DNA of 64,000 bases, taken from an uncultured Gammaproteobacteria bacterium (GTDB taxonomy: Bacteria; Pseudomonadota; Gammaproteobacteria; JACCXJ01). Below the pieces are notes generated by a model that did no database searches, was not told the origin of the DNA, and saw only the letters and a list, made by a program, of their open reading frames with translations. A program made the translations under genes and the position numbers. Below, piece by piece: positions 29,178 through 40,126 of this stretch. The DNA lies in contig CAVXTM010000010.1 in the NCBI GenBank assembly GCA_963764725.1, positions 64,001 to 128,000 on the forward strand, written 5' to 3'. Position 1 is the first letter of the stretch, and every line of letters starts with the position of its first letter.

Positions 29178-29305
29178 TAATCAATTTTACTTCGCGGGCG
29201 GGGTATGAATCCCGCCCTTGACCAAAAGGGAGAGCTGCGCCTCTCCCCTTTGGAAACCCCATGGCTAAGGGTCCCGCGACCAGACCGCGGGAAAGAATTT
29301 AATTA
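29178..29305. mobile_element. MITE-like repeat family A, full copy
   Basis: Imperfect TIRs TAATCAATTTTACTTCGCGG / CCGCGGGAAAGAATTTAATTA; internal hairpin CCAAAAGGGAGAG..CTCTCCCCTTTGG; homologous to 43802 and 45059. Confidence 0.75.
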
Positions 29306-31641
29306 TGAACACACTGATCCCCGTCTTGCCGATCAAGAACAGCGTGCTCTTCCCCCACCTGGTGATGCCGCTCGCGGTAGGCCGGCCGATCTCGGTTGCG
29401 GCAGTGGAGGCGGCGTTGATGCGGGAAGACAAGCTTATCGGGGTGTTCGCGCAGCGGCAACCATCGGTCGAGGAACCGACGTTGGCCGATTTGTATCCGA
29501 TCGGAACGCTCGGGATCATCAAAAAGATAGCCCGCTCCGATGACGTCATTCAGATCGTCGTTCAGGGGACCCGGCGCGTGCAGGCGGCCGCCGTGGCGCA
29601 GGCGCATCCTTTTCTGAGCCTAGCGATCGATGAGGTTCCGGAGCCTGAGGACAGCGGTGCGGAGGTCGAAGCCCTGCAGCGGGCAGTCTTGGAGCTCGCC
29701 GGCAAAATGCTGCAGCTCGTGCAACCCCAGATCCAAACGAGCTTGAGCCATATCATTGCCGAAGTCGAAGACCCCTTGCACCAGGTGTATTTGATTGGCT
29801 CCCTGTTGTCGCTGGAGGTGGAGAAGGAGCAGGAATTGCTTGCGGCCATGTCGCGGCGGGAGGCGTTACGCCTGGCGCACGCGTATTTGAATCACGAGGT
29901 CCAGGTTCTCGAGATCAGGAACAAGATCGCGAGCGAGGCGCAATCGGAAATGACCCGCCAGCAGCGCGAATACCTGCTGCGCCAGCAGTTGCGCGCGATC
30001 CAAGGGGAGCTTGGCGAGCAGAGTCCCGAGCAGAGCGAGGTAGCGGAGCTGCGCAAGCGCATGGAGGAAGCAAATCTACCGGCACTGGTCGAGAAAGAGG
30101 TCGAGAAAGAGCTCAAACGCCTCGATCGCATGCCCGCGTCGGCTCCCGATTACCAGATCGCGCGCAGTTATGTCGAGCTGACGCTCGAGCTCCCGTGGAG
30201 CAAGGTCACGACCGATATTTACGATCTCGGCCGGGCGCGCGAGATCCTGGATGCGGATCATTTCGATCTCAAGGAGGTTAAGGAACGCATCATCGAGCAC
30301 TTGGCGGTCATGAAGCTCAATCCCGAAGCGCGCGCGCCGATTCTCTGCTTCGTGGGGCCGCCGGGTGTGGGCAAGACCTCCCTGGGCCAGTCGATCGGCC
30401 GGGCCTTGGATCGGAAGTTCGAGCGCCTGTCCTTGGGCGGCCTGCACGACGAGGCCGAACTGCGCGGCCACCGGCGCACCTATATCGGCGCCATGCCCGG
30501 GCGCATCATTCGGGCGATACGCCGCGCCGGGGTGAGAAATCCGCTCCTCATGCTCGATGAGGTCGATAAGCTCGGCCGCGATTATCGCGGCGATCCGTCG
30601 GCGGCCTTGATGGAAATCCTGGATCCCGCTCAAAACAACGCCTTTCACGACAATTACCTGGATCTGCCCTTCGATCTCTCGCAGGTGTTTTTCATCACCA
30701 CGGCCAACACCTTGGATAGCATCCCGCGGCCGCTTTTGGACCGCATGGAGACCTTGCGCCTCGCGGGTTACAGCGAGGAGGAGAAACGCGAGATCGCCCG
30801 CCGCTATCTCATCGGCCGCCAGATGAAGGAATCCGGACTGGGTGAAGCGCAGTTAACGCTTCCCGAGGAAACCTTGGCCTATGTGATCCGGCGCTACACC
30901 CGCGAGGCGGGGGTGCGCGAACTCGAGCGGGTGCTCGGCCGGATCTGCCGTAAGATCGCGACGTGCGTGGCCGAAGGCGATACCCGTCCGGTGACGGTCC
31001 GTCCCGAAGACCTGTCCGAGCTTCTCGGACCGGAGCGCTTCTTCCCCGAGGCGGCCCGCCGGCAACTCGCGCCCGGCGTGGCCGCGGGTCTTGCCTGGAC
31101 CGAGTCGGGGGGCGATGTCCTGTATGTCGAGACGGTGCTTCTGCCCGATGGCAAGGATCTGGTGATGACGGGACAGCTCGGAGCCGTGATGCAGGAATCG
31201 GCCAAGGCCGCGCAGAGCTACATCGCATCGCGGGCGGCGGCTTTCGGGATATCCGAGGCCACCCGTCAAAGCGGGGTGCACATCCACGTGCCGGCGGGGG
31301 CGATCCCGAAGGATGGGCCCTCGGCGGGCGTGACCATGGTGACGGCGCTTACCTCGCTTTACAGCGCACGCCCGGTCCGCAGCGACACGGCCATGACCGG
31401 CGAGATCACCTTGAGCGGCTTGGTATTGCCGGTCGGAGGCGTGAAGGAAAAAATGCTTGCCGCGCATCGTGCCGGGATCAAACGGGTGATTTTGCCGAAG
31501 GAGAACGAAAAGGACCTGCGCGAATTGCCCGAACAGGTCCGCAACGAGGTCGAGTTCATTCTGGCCGCGCGCATCGAGGAGGTGCTGTGCGCGGCCGTCC
31601 CCGATCTGCCGCAACCCTTGCGCGCCGGATGCGCTGATTAA
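29305..31641 (+). CDS. lon: Lon ATP-dependent protease
   Basis: LON N domain, [26 protein letters not shown] (catalytic Ser), GGVKEK. Confidence 0.96.
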   Translation: MNTLIPVLPIKNSVLFPHLVMPLAVGRPISVAAVEAALMREDKLIGVFAQRQPSVEEPTLADLYPIGTLGIIKKIARSDDVIQIVVQGTRRVQAAAVAQAHPFLSLAIDEVPEPEDSGAEVEALQRAVLELAGKMLQLVQPQIQTSLSHIIAEVEDPLHQVYLIGSLLSLEVEKEQELLAAMSRREALRLAHAYLNHEVQVLEIRNKIASEAQSEMTRQQREYLLRQQLRAIQGELGEQSPEQSEVAELRKRMEEANLPALVEKEVEKELKRLDRMPASAPDYQIARSYVELTLELPWSKVTTDIYDLGRAREILDADHFDLKEVKERIIEHLAVMKLNPEARAPILCFVGPPGVGKTSLGQSIGRALDRKFERLSLGGLHDEAELRGHRRTYIGAMPGRIIRAIRRAGVRNPLLMLDEVDKLGRDYRGDPSAALMEILDPAQNNAFHDNYLDLPFDLSQVFFITTANTLDSIPRPLLDRMETLRLAGYSEEEKREIARRYLIGRQMKESGLGEAQLTLPEETLAYVIRRYTREAGVRELERVLGRICRKIATCVAEGDTRPVTVRPEDLSELLGPERFFPEAARRQLAPGVAAGLAWTESGGDVLYVETVLLPDGKDLVMTGQLGAVMQESAKAAQSYIASRAAAFGISEATRQSGVHIHVPAGAIPKDGPSAGVTMVTALTSLYSARPVRSDTAMTGEITLSGLVLPVGGVKEKMLAAHRAGIKRVILPKENEKDLRELPEQVRNEVEFILAARIEEVLCAAVPDLPQPLRAGCAD

Positions 31642-33143
31642 GGCCGCGTATAGCGGTGCTTCACGCCCGCCGGAAACCACTCCGGATCGCCCTGGGCTTT
31701 AAGCTCGATGTGCGGAAGTTGGGAAGCCGGGGGGACGTAGTTCGCGAATTCACTGTTCAAACGCCGTAGCTCGCGGACGATTAACTGAGCGGCCGCATCA
31801 CGGCGTTCGTCGCTCGCCGTCTCGCCAGGGGCGAGCTCGATGACGATCGCGAGGAAACGATTCTTGTCTTCATCCTCGCGCGCTTGCATGACGAATTTTC
31901 CCGTGACCCATTCCCGGATACCCAATTGCTCCAGCCCGACGCTCACATTCTCGGGATAGAGGTTGGCGCCGAAATAGGAGATCACGAAGTGCGAGCGCCC
32001 GAACACGAAGGCGAAGGGCAGGGGACGGATCGCGCGGCCATCGCCCGGTTCGAGCGCCGCGAGCGGATCGAACTCCCACTCCTTGAGAAAACGTAGCATC
32101 GCTGGATAGTCCACCAGCCCACCCTCGTCCGAGATATGGTAACGAACGAGCGGGATCCCATTGTCCCCGCTGAAGACCAAGGTGCCTTCGGAGGACTCGA
32201 AGTACCGCTGAAGGGGGTCGTATTGAACGAGGGTCGGCAAGCGCGGCTCGCCGAAGAGTTGCCGCGCCGCCTCTGGCGTGCCGGCCAGGAACCGCCGGAT
32301 GCACACCGACAGCGGCGTCTCATTGCCCAAGACCCCGGCATCCGCCGTCCCATAGAGCGAGGCCGCATCACGGCAGTGGTCCGATGCTCCCGCGCGCTCG
32401 AGCACCAGCGTGCGCCATTCTTCGCTGAAAACCTCGCCGGCCAGGACCAGTTTGATATGGTACTTCGGCCAAGCGATGCCGCGCGCCCGTCCCGTATCAA
32501 TCACGTCCTTGAGAAAGGGCGGATAGCCGAGGAGCACGACTTGATCGAAATTCGGGCCGAGGGCTTCGATGACGCGCAGGATCTCGTCTTTGTTATTGCC
32601 CGGCGTGACCACCGTGAGGGGATAGCCCTTGGCGGCCAGGTGCCGGCAGCAGGCGGCGGTGTACATCCCGCCGACCCAGGTGCCGAGCGCGAAGCAGACC
32701 GCGGCGAGCGTGAGGCGGGAATCGGCATGGAAACTATCGTGAAATACCTGCTCGAAGCGTACCGCGATCGCAAGCTCATCGGTGACGAAACGCGGCCAAA
32801 ACGCCGGCGTGCCGGTCGAACCCGACGAGACGGCGATCATGTCGCAAGTCTCCAAGCGCCCATTCCGGCAAAGCGCCGCGAGCGGGTGCTTGGCGAGGTA
32901 ATTTTGCTTGCTGGTCAAGGGCAGGGTCGCGAAATCTTCCGCGCGCCGAATCGACTCGGGCGCGACGCCCTGCTCCTTGAGAAACGCTTGGTAGGCCGGG
33001 ACTGTGCGCGCGATGTCGTGAAAGAGCGCGAGCGCACGCTCGGCCGGCGCGGGGCGGTCGTCCAGAGCGAGTAGACGGTCAAGCGGCGTGTCGATAAACG
33101 CCTGGAGACCGTTCAACAATCGATCACGTTTTTCGTAAGCCAT
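31638..33143 (-). CDS. Phenylacetate-CoA ligase-like adenylate-forming protein
   Basis: SSGSTG.P, GYPPF, AGE, YGTAD, PLVRYHISD, FGRS, GANLYP. Confidence 0.85.
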   Translation of the reverse strand: MAYEKRDRLLNGLQAFIDTPLDRLLALDDRPAPAERALALFHDIARTVPAYQAFLKEQGVAPESIRRAEDFATLPLTSKQNYLAKHPLAALCRNGRLETCDMIAVSSGSTGTPAFWPRFVTDELAIAVRFEQVFHDSFHADSRLTLAAVCFALGTWVGGMYTAACCRHLAAKGYPLTVVTPGNNKDEILRVIEALGPNFDQVVLLGYPPFLKDVIDTGRARGIAWPKYHIKLVLAGEVFSEEWRTLVLERAGASDHCRDAASLYGTADAGVLGNETPLSVCIRRFLAGTPEAARQLFGEPRLPTLVQYDPLQRYFESSEGTLVFSGDNGIPLVRYHISDEGGLVDYPAMLRFLKEWEFDPLAALEPGDGRAIRPLPFAFVFGRSHFVISYFGANLYPENVSVGLEQLGIREWVTGKFVMQAREDEDKNRFLAIVIELAPGETASDERRDAAAQLIVRELRRLNSEFANYVPPASQLPHIELKAQGDPEWFPAGVKHRYTRP

Positions 33144-33477
33144 AGGTTTTGCAACTAGCCGGGGGAGATTCCATACGGATAAATCGCTTTAGTCGTCACC
33201 GCATCTTCATTGAGCACAACCCTTTTTAATCTTTAACGCTGAGCGCGGCAAGCGTTCTGAGTCAGGGTAACGTCCTCGATCGCCTCGCTTGAGCAGGGTC
33301 GCGGGTCCTTTACCGATCTTCATTCTCGCTGGCAACTGCCCAGCCAAGCTGCAACCTCCCTAATGGTAGCTTCCTGCATTGGTTGTTGATCCCGAAGGGC
33401 CTCCGCGAACATGATTCACGCATTGAGAAGTGCACGGTGTTTTTTCGGGACAGATCGTGAATATGTCACAAAATGTT

Positions 33478-33493
33478 TGTGAGAAAAGTCACT
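33478..33493. promoter_or_regulatory. CRP/FNR-family-like site
   Basis: TGTGA-GAAAAG-TCACT, with a second near-site CGTGA-ATATG-TCACA at 33456. Confidence 0.4.
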
Positions 33494-33608
33494 GAACAAG
33501 CGAAGGTACATTTCGTATCCTTGCGGTGTGAAGGCTAACCGGCGCTCAACTCTGACGCGCCAAAAAGCCGCACGCCGCATACTTATCCATAGTCAGAGAT
33601 GATAAACC

Positions 33609-34631
33609 ATGCTTAACGTGACCATCGACAAAGAAATGATAAGTATCGGAGAGCGGTTTGCCGTCTCCTTCCAGCGCACGCTTCGCATTCCTGACGACGG
33701 CCGCGCTTACCCGCTGCCGCCCGGGCTCGGCAGGTTCCCGGTCTTGCAGGTGGAGGATTATCTCGACCACGTGCCACCCTTGTGGCGCGAGCAAGGCGGG
33801 GCATTCATTCCGATGTACCAACGGGAGGCGTTGTGGCTCGGATTCCACGCGGCATCCTGGAAACCGAACGCGGTGAAGATCGCGGTCGGCAGGATCAACG
33901 CGATTTCCGGCGAGCCTTCCGATGAGGTGCTTCATTCCGATCCCCAAGACTATCTCGTCTGCCCTGACCAGCCTTGGCTCGACGGCCTCCACACCGGGCA
34001 GGGTTCGGTCCGGCAGTTCGTCGCGATGCCGCTGGGACTCGGCTACACGATCGAGGCCTCAATGACGGGAGCGGAAACCTTCGGCGGCATCCAAATCACC
34101 GTCTTCGAGCCAAAGCCAGGTAAGTTCCCCGATGAACGTCCGGTCACGCCCGACACCGGTCCCGTCCGCGCCGCCATGCCGAAGCCGGGCGGGGTCGCAC
34201 CGATGGGGCTTGGTGCCGGGGGCATGATGAAACAAAAGATCTACTCCGACCCGTATGGCATCGACGCCTGGGACCAGGACAATTACGGGTGGATCTTCGT
34301 CCACATCATCAACAGCGCGGAGTTTTTCGAGATCACCGGGCTCGAGCCGCTGCCGACGCCCATCGATGCGAAGACCTATACTGAGTACGGGCTGCCTTGG
34401 TTCGACCTTTACGACGAAGCCAAGAGCGATATCGCGCCAACTGAACAGCTCGCCCGGGTCAAGACGGTTTCCGCACGAGACGCTGAGCGGGGAGAGACCG
34501 CCCAAACCGATACCTCGGTTGAGGTACCCGAATCACAGATCAAGAGATTGCGCAATAACGACTCCACCAGGGCGAAGGACCAGCAGCCTTCCTCGCCCGA
34601 TTCAGCGGAGTATTCACCCGAGGGTGAATAA
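33609..34631 (+). CDS. Conserved hypothetical protein
   Basis: SFQRTLRIPDDG..YPLPPGLG.FP, PMYQREALW, QDYLV.P.QPWLDG, RQFVAMPLGLGY, GLPWF. Confidence 0.8.
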   Translation: MLNVTIDKEMISIGERFAVSFQRTLRIPDDGRAYPLPPGLGRFPVLQVEDYLDHVPPLWREQGGAFIPMYQREALWLGFHAASWKPNAVKIAVGRINAISGEPSDEVLHSDPQDYLVCPDQPWLDGLHTGQGSVRQFVAMPLGLGYTIEASMTGAETFGGIQITVFEPKPGKFPDERPVTPDTGPVRAAMPKPGGVAPMGLGAGGMMKQKIYSDPYGIDAWDQDNYGWIFVHIINSAEFFEITGLEPLPTPIDAKTYTEYGLPWFDLYDEAKSDIAPTEQLARVKTVSARDAERGETAQTDTSVEVPESQIKRLRNNDSTRAKDQQPSSPDSAEYSPEGE

Positions 34632-34684
34632 GGCTGTCATCATCCACTGCCGAAAGTTCGGCTTTTTAATGTAAGGAGATAACC

Positions 34685-35699
34685 ATGCCCGAATATTTAA
34701 GAGTATGTCAAGACAGGCTTCTGCCGAGGGATCTTGTGCGGCCGCAACAGACCATTCGTATGGGAGGGGGAGCGAGTCGGGCGATCATCGTCTTCCTCAA
34801 ACGTTGGATCAACGGGTCGAAGCTCCATGTGCGATTTATGGGAGGAACCCCCGCCCAGCAGGCGATCGCCAAAGAGCAAGCGCAGTGGTGGACTCAGCAC
34901 GCAAATCTGACGTTCGTGTTCGACAACGCCCCAAACGCGGAGATTCGCATTACCTTCGATAGCAGCGACGGGGCGTGGTCCTATATCGGCACCGATGCCA
35001 GTTCGATTCCAACTAATCAGCCGACAATGAACCTCGGCTTCCTCGATGGCGGCACGGCGGCTCACGAATTCGGCCACGCGATCGGCCTTGCGCACGAGCA
35101 CCAAAATCCGGCAGGAGGTATCGAGTGGAATGAAGAGGTCGTCCTCCGCGACTTGAGCGGCTCACCCAATTTCTGGAGCCCAGAGGAAATCAGGCACAAC
35201 GTCCTCGAAAAGTATAAAGCCGATCAAATCCGAGGGACGAACTTCGATCGCGACTCGATCATGCTCTACTTCTTTCCCGACACCTGGGTCAAGAAGCGGC
35301 AAAGGTACTAAGGAGAACGACGTGCTGTCGAACCTAGACAAGGAGTTTATCGCCAGCGCCCAGGCGTATCCGCGCGTCGCGGTTCAGGCGGTGGAGCTAG
35401 GCGTCAATGCGGCACCCACGCCAGCGAAGATCGGCGTACCCGGTGAGGAAGACCTCTTCAAGTTCACGGTGACATCCGGCGGTCGCCATACTATCGAGAC
35501 CGACGGCCAGACCGACGTTGTGATGAAGCTGTTCGGCCCTAACAGCCAAACCAGCATGATCGCCGAGGATGACGACGGTGGCGTCGGACTAAATGCGAGA
35601 ATCGTTGCCGACATAATTCCGGGCCAATATTTCGTCCCAATCCGGCATTTTAATAAGGCTCGCGGCACCGGTTCGTACGGCATCAGAGTGAGCCGATAG
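34685..35699 (+). CDS. Astacin-like zinc metalloprotease with C-terminal PPC domain; +1 frameshift near 35294
   Basis: WSYIG, HEFGHAIGLAHEHQ, DSIMLY Met-turn; deleting one A gives VKSGKGTKENDVLS in frame with 35322..35699 (AEDDDGG). Confidence 0.85.
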
Positions 35700-35725
35700 C
35701 CGTTTGAGGAACCTAGGAGCAGACG

Positions 35726-36874
35726 ATGACGATCTCATTTCCATCCGATTTCCCGCGCAACCTTACCGGCTTCGGCGGGGACCGCTCGATGAACCAGGCA
35801 CAGCACCGGGCGGCGCTTAGGAAAACGCCGGTCATCCTGGTGCACGGCAACGGCGGGCACTCGACCCATCCGAAGTGGGGGATGGAGACGCTGAAAGGAT
35901 TTCTCAAGGGCGAGAGCTACCAGGACTGCGAGATCTGGGCGATGGATCACCTCGGCGAGAACAACACTGCCGCCGACCTCAACGATCCGCATCGCAACCA
36001 TATCGATGCGCTGCGGACGTTCGTCGACCGCGTACGCGAGTATCTCGACGTGAGCAAACTCGATTTCATCGGCCACTCGCTCGGCTGCGGCATGATCAAC
36101 GCGTATTTGCGCGGCCTGCAACGGGATGGCCGATGGGACGGCAGCGCGCATCGGCTCGAAGTCGCCAGCACGTTCGTCTCGCTTGCCGGCGCCACCTATG
36201 GCCTCGGCCCTAACTCGATCAGCGAGTTCAAGTCCGGGTCCCCGTTCGAGCAGGCCTCGCATACGATCGAGCTGCCGGCGCACGGCCGCGTGGTCGACGA
36301 TTCGCCGCGCGGTTCGGGCAACGTCGCGGAGCAGCAGTCGCCGACGCCGGACTGGGCCAAGATCACTACGAGCGACGACAACTCGATCTGCTACGTCGCG
36401 TTTACCGCGGCCGGCGACTTCGTCGACGCGCAGAACCGGGACACTGGCCACCGCAAGGGGGCCGACGTAAATCGGCGCTTCAACCTCGGCGCGAGCCTTG
36501 ACGGCCACGAGAAGATCATCAAGAGCCGGACGGTATTCGACGCGTTCAAGAGCTTCCTGAACCGGAACCCGCCGCTGCCGCTGGCGACAATCAGCGTCGA
36601 CAAGGACAGCGGGAGCTACGGCGCCGGACTCGAGGTCCGCATCACCGTCGCGCCGGCGACGGTGCCGGTGCGCTATGTAGCCGAGCGCGTCACGCGGCAG
36701 TTCCAAGGCGGCTTCATCGTGCGCCAGGTCGCCGAGGCGCCCAGCGGCACGCTGGCGAGCGGCCAGTCGCTGGTGCTGGCGACCGACGGCGCATGGGACA
36801 ACTACCCCGGGACAAGCGCCTTGCTACAAAGAAGCTGTGCGACTACTACAGCAAGCTTGGATTTGTCCGCATAG
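35726..36874 (+). CDS. Alpha/beta hydrolase (lipase class 2-like), 3' end replaced near 36800
   Basis: PVILVHGN, IGHSLG, D..H candidates; composition changes after GAWD. Confidence 0.75.
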   Translation: MTISFPSDFPRNLTGFGGDRSMNQAQHRAALRKTPVILVHGNGGHSTHPKWGMETLKGFLKGESYQDCEIWAMDHLGENNTAADLNDPHRNHIDALRTFVDRVREYLDVSKLDFIGHSLGCGMINAYLRGLQRDGRWDGSAHRLEVASTFVSLAGATYGLGPNSISEFKSGSPFEQASHTIELPAHGRVVDDSPRGSGNVAEQQSPTPDWAKITTSDDNSICYVAFTAAGDFVDAQNRDTGHRKGADVNRRFNLGASLDGHEKIIKSRTVFDAFKSFLNRNPPLPLATISVDKDSGSYGAGLEVRITVAPATVPVRYVAERVTRQFQGGFIVRQVAEAPSGTLASGQSLVLATDGAWDNYPGTSALLQRSCATTTASLDLSA

Positions 36875-36935
36875 GCCGTACGCCGTTTATGGTTAGAGCT
36901 ACTGCGTGGCCAGTTCCGTCAGGTGAAACCGTCTA
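36800..36935 (+). pseudogene. 3' fragment of a cassette ORF fused behind the hydrolase
   Basis: Alternative frame RLATKKLCDYYSKLGFVRIGRTPFMVRATAWPVPSGETV* ending shortly before an attC. Confidence 0.4.
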
Positions 36936-36963
36936 GCCTACCTGCGCGCATAGACACAAGGCG

Positions 36964-37028
36964 TCCAACCTCGGCTTCAGCGGGACGCAACGGTGGCGCT
37001 TCGCTTGCCGGTCAACTAAACGTTGGTC
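36964..37028 (+). other. attC site (degenerate)
   Basis: R'' GTCCAAC ... CCGGTCAAC taaac R' GTTGGTC. Confidence 0.55.
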
Positions 37029-37125
37029 GGCGCGGAGCGCCGGGGCCACAGTCTTTAGAGCGGGAGATAAGCTGTTGCCTAAGGTTGCGCGCGCTACATT
37101 TCTATCCCGACCCTCATAGCTACGC

Positions 37126-37154
37126 TTTACGGTAATCACGCAATGCATTACTAT
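37126..37154 (+). promoter_or_regulatory. Sigma70 promoter and operator of higBA
   Basis: TTTACG-17-TACTAT, 5 nt before GTG; overlapping GTAAT..ATTAC palindrome. Confidence 0.55.
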
Positions 37155-37159
37155 GAGGC

Positions 37160-37438
37160 GTGATCAGGTCATTCAAGTGCGCCGATACGGAAGCGCTTAC
37201 GAAAGGCATCCGCGTCAGGCGATTGGTGAACATCACTGCAGTGGCGCGGCGCAAGCTGAGACAGATTGAGATCGCCGGTCGAGTGGATGACTTAAGGGTG
37301 CCGCCCGGCAACCGCCTCGAAGTGCTCAAGGGCAACCGTGCCGGCCAGTACAGCATTCGGATCAATGATCAGTGGCGCATCTGTTTTCGCTGGACGGAAG
37401 CGGGCGCAGAAGACGTGGAGATCGTGGATTACCACTGA
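37160..37438 (+). CDS. higB: HigB toxin (RelE-like)
   Basis: MIRSFK..ARRKL..DLRVPPGNRLE.LKG.R.GQYSIRINDQWRICFRW..VEIVDYH. Confidence 0.93.
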   Translation: MIRSFKCADTEALTKGIRVRRLVNITAVARRKLRQIEIAGRVDDLRVPPGNRLEVLKGNRAGQYSIRINDQWRICFRWTEAGAEDVEIVDYH

Positions 37439-37442
37439 GGTG

Positions 37443-37781
37443 ATGAGCAAACTCAAACCCGTTACCCCCGGCGAGATTCTCCTGGAAGAGTTCCTCAAGC
37501 CGATGGGGCTAAGCCAGTATCGTCTGGCCAAGGAGATCGGTGTTCCCGCGCAACGCATCGGCGAGATCGTTGCCGGTAAGCGTGCCATTACGGCGGACAC
37601 CGATCTGCGGCTGTGTCGGTTCTTTGGCCTTTCCAATGGTTATTGGCTGCGTGCTCAGGTCGCGCACGACACGGAGGTCGCAGAGCGCACCATCGGTCCA
37701 GCACTCACAAAGATCAGGCCGTGGTCTGCACATGTTGCCCAACAAGGCACTGCAGCCGACGACGCTACACGGCACGGCTGA
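37443..37781 (+). CDS. higA: HigA antitoxin (HTH)
   Basis: PGEILLEEFLKPMGLSQY.LAKEIGV..RI.EIV.GKR.ITADT.LRL. Confidence 0.92.
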   Translation: MSKLKPVTPGEILLEEFLKPMGLSQYRLAKEIGVPAQRIGEIVAGKRAITADTDLRLCRFFGLSNGYWLRAQVAHDTEVAERTIGPALTKIRPWSAHVAQQGTAADDATRHG

Positions 37782-37796
37782 GCTCGATTTTCGCCG
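37737..37796 (+). other. attC site with damaged R'
   Basis: GCCCAAC aaggc ACTGCAGCCG..CGGCTGAGCT; the expected GTT is absent. Confidence 0.6.
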
Positions 37797-37905
37797 ATCA
37801 AGTTGACGACGGTACGCCAACCAACGGAGCGCGAGGTGTCTCTGTCGAGTTCTTCAGCACTGCGCGCCGTCCTAGGACAGCACCACTATGACTATGGCCT
37901 TGTTT

Positions 37906-37938
37906 TCCCGGATTTCGCTTCGCTGCGTCCGGGCTACG
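37906..37938 (-). repeat. Single GTAG-family REP
   Basis: CCCGGATTTCGCTTCGCTGCGTCCGGGCTAC. Confidence 0.65.
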
Positions 37939-38184
37939 CCGGCTGTTTCGGTCGCGGACCTCGGCGACCGACATTCAGGACAAACACAAGCCTGGTCCAC
38001 GGCTATCCGCCGGGCAAGCACCGATCCCGGGATCAGGTCGATGCTCCAGAATAAAATTCATTCCTCGCGGTCTTCCCGTGGGCCCGGCGCGTTCCGTTCC
38101 GGATCGATAGACGTGAATAGCGGAGACCTCCATGAGGAGAGGCCAGGGACACGGGCGCGAAACGACTTGACGGCGGAAGTCATA

Positions 38185-40066
38185 TCAATGGCGTAGCTCC
38201 TCGAGCAGGTACCCCGCTTCGCTCGCGAGGTCGGTTGTGGCGGGGAAGAAACCGTTCGCCGTTGTCCACCAGTTGACGTAGCGGCGGAGCTGGCGTTCGG
38301 TTGATTCGAGCGGGAATGTGTCGCCACCGGATTGCTCCCGAACTAGAGCCTTCATTTCCGCCAGGGCGTTTCGGGCTGCGTCGACAGGCGGACTCTGACC
38401 GGCTAGCGGCGCGAGCAGGTAGATCTCGATCAACGAGCCGAGCGCCCAGATGACCGCGCTCGGCTTCTGCGTTCCTCTTGTCTATTTTCGCAGCGGTGAC
38501 CGCCGCGTGCCAGCGGCCGGGGTCCACTATGCGCCCGTCGAGAACGGCATCGAGCGACAGAGACTGGACGGCCGTCCAATGGTGCGAGAGGTTGCTCTCG
38601 GAGCCCCTGCCGGTACCAGTTGCGCGAACGTTCGAGTGCTGCACGCATCAGCTGGTGCCAATGCGCGGCGTCTCCCAGGCGCGCGCGCACAAAGCACAGC
38701 TCGGCCAGGCGCTTTTCGGCGCTTCCCAAGCAGACCCACATTCTCATCCAGGATGCCACTGCCGACCGGCATTTTCGGGCTCTTTCGAAAAGCCTTCGAG
38801 CGCCTCGATGCGTGCTCGCAGCTGCGTGGCCACTTGATCGAAGCGCGGCTGGATCCCTGTCGCCTCGCTTGACCATCTCATCGGACCAGCCCTGCATCAT
38901 CTTGAGCGCGGCCAGTACGCACTCGAGCCTGACGTCCAGGAGATGATCGGCGTAACCCTCTGGGAAGCCGCGCGTATCCCACGAGGCTGGCCCAGTCGTG
39001 ACCGGTCTTGTCGCGGCTCTCGTACAAGGCGACACGCGCGTTGTGTAGCGCGACTCTTACGTCCTTGCCACCGAGCAGTGCCTTGTAGAAGATCTCGACC
39101 ATCAGGGTGGACCCGAGCTTGGTGAACGGGAATTGCGAGGCGACGACAATCGGGAATCCCAGTTCGTGGAGCTCGTGGGCGATGCTGCGCTTCGAGGTGA
39201 TGGTGTTGGTCAAGTTGGCCGCGTCGCAGGTCGCCAGGGTGACTACGACCGCGTGACCGACCAGGGGAGCCAGAGCCTTCCCGAGTTCCTCCGGCGTCAC
39301 TTCAGGCACGCCTCCCTCTTCGATAGGTATCCCTATGCCGAAATGCTGGCTCGGCGCCTCCCCAACGGGTACTCCGTGCGCCAGCAGGTGCACGTGTGTG
39401 AAGGGCTTCTTCTTCTCCACCGCTTCGCGGCAAGCCTCTGCGAGCTTCTCGAGGGTCACCTCTGCCAATGTTGTCAGCACATCGTCGGACTCGGGCGTGT
39501 TGTTGGTTGCGTGTACCACTGGGATCCAAGGCTCCAAGACGGCACGCAAGGCGCTCTCGTGCTCCTGGGACGGTACGTCGGTGGGTTCCGACAGAGGGGC
39601 CCAGGCGTACAGGAACCGTGGAGTGGCTGGCCAGCGCGCGCGGTTCTCGGCGAAAGTGTGGCGTACGCGTCGCGTCAGCACGACCGCTGAATCGTTTCGT
39701 GCGAAGAGCGGTCGTCCCTCGCTGTCGGTGGCCGCCTCGAAGGGGAGGGCAGCCACCTCAGCGGGATTGACGACGAGGTCGAGTTGCAGAGGAAATGGGC
39801 CGCTGGAGATCTCGGTCAGACTGTTGGTCCCCAGCAGCTTGGCGGCAATCTCGCCGATTTGTTTCAACGCGGTTGCGCGCGCCTGTGCATCCTTCTCGTA
39901 ACGAAGGGCGATGATTAGTTTTAGAAAGCTCTCTTGTTCCAGCGGCGACCTAAACTCGCGTACGGGATACTCAGATCCGGCTGCAACAAGGTACGGGATC
40001 GCCTTCGCGCCATATACCCGTCTTGAGATTATTGAGGCGAAGAAATTCAAGAAGCAGTGAGCGCAT
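38185..40066 (-). pseudogene. CHAT (caspase-like) protease with helical TPR-like C-terminus; multiple frameshifts
   Basis: ATG 40066 with GGAGGAGG RBS; LPFEAA, HVHLLAHG, TLATCD, SIAHELHELGFPIVVASQFP, FYKALL.G, HDWASL; continuation GLLGSAEKRLAE, SHHWTAVQSLSL, QLRRYVNWW in shifted frames. Confidence 0.75.
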
Positions 40067-40126
40067 GTTCCTCCTCCGCCGCAGCCGGTGAGCACCGGCG
40101 TGCTCGTGGTGTGCGCGTCACGCTGG

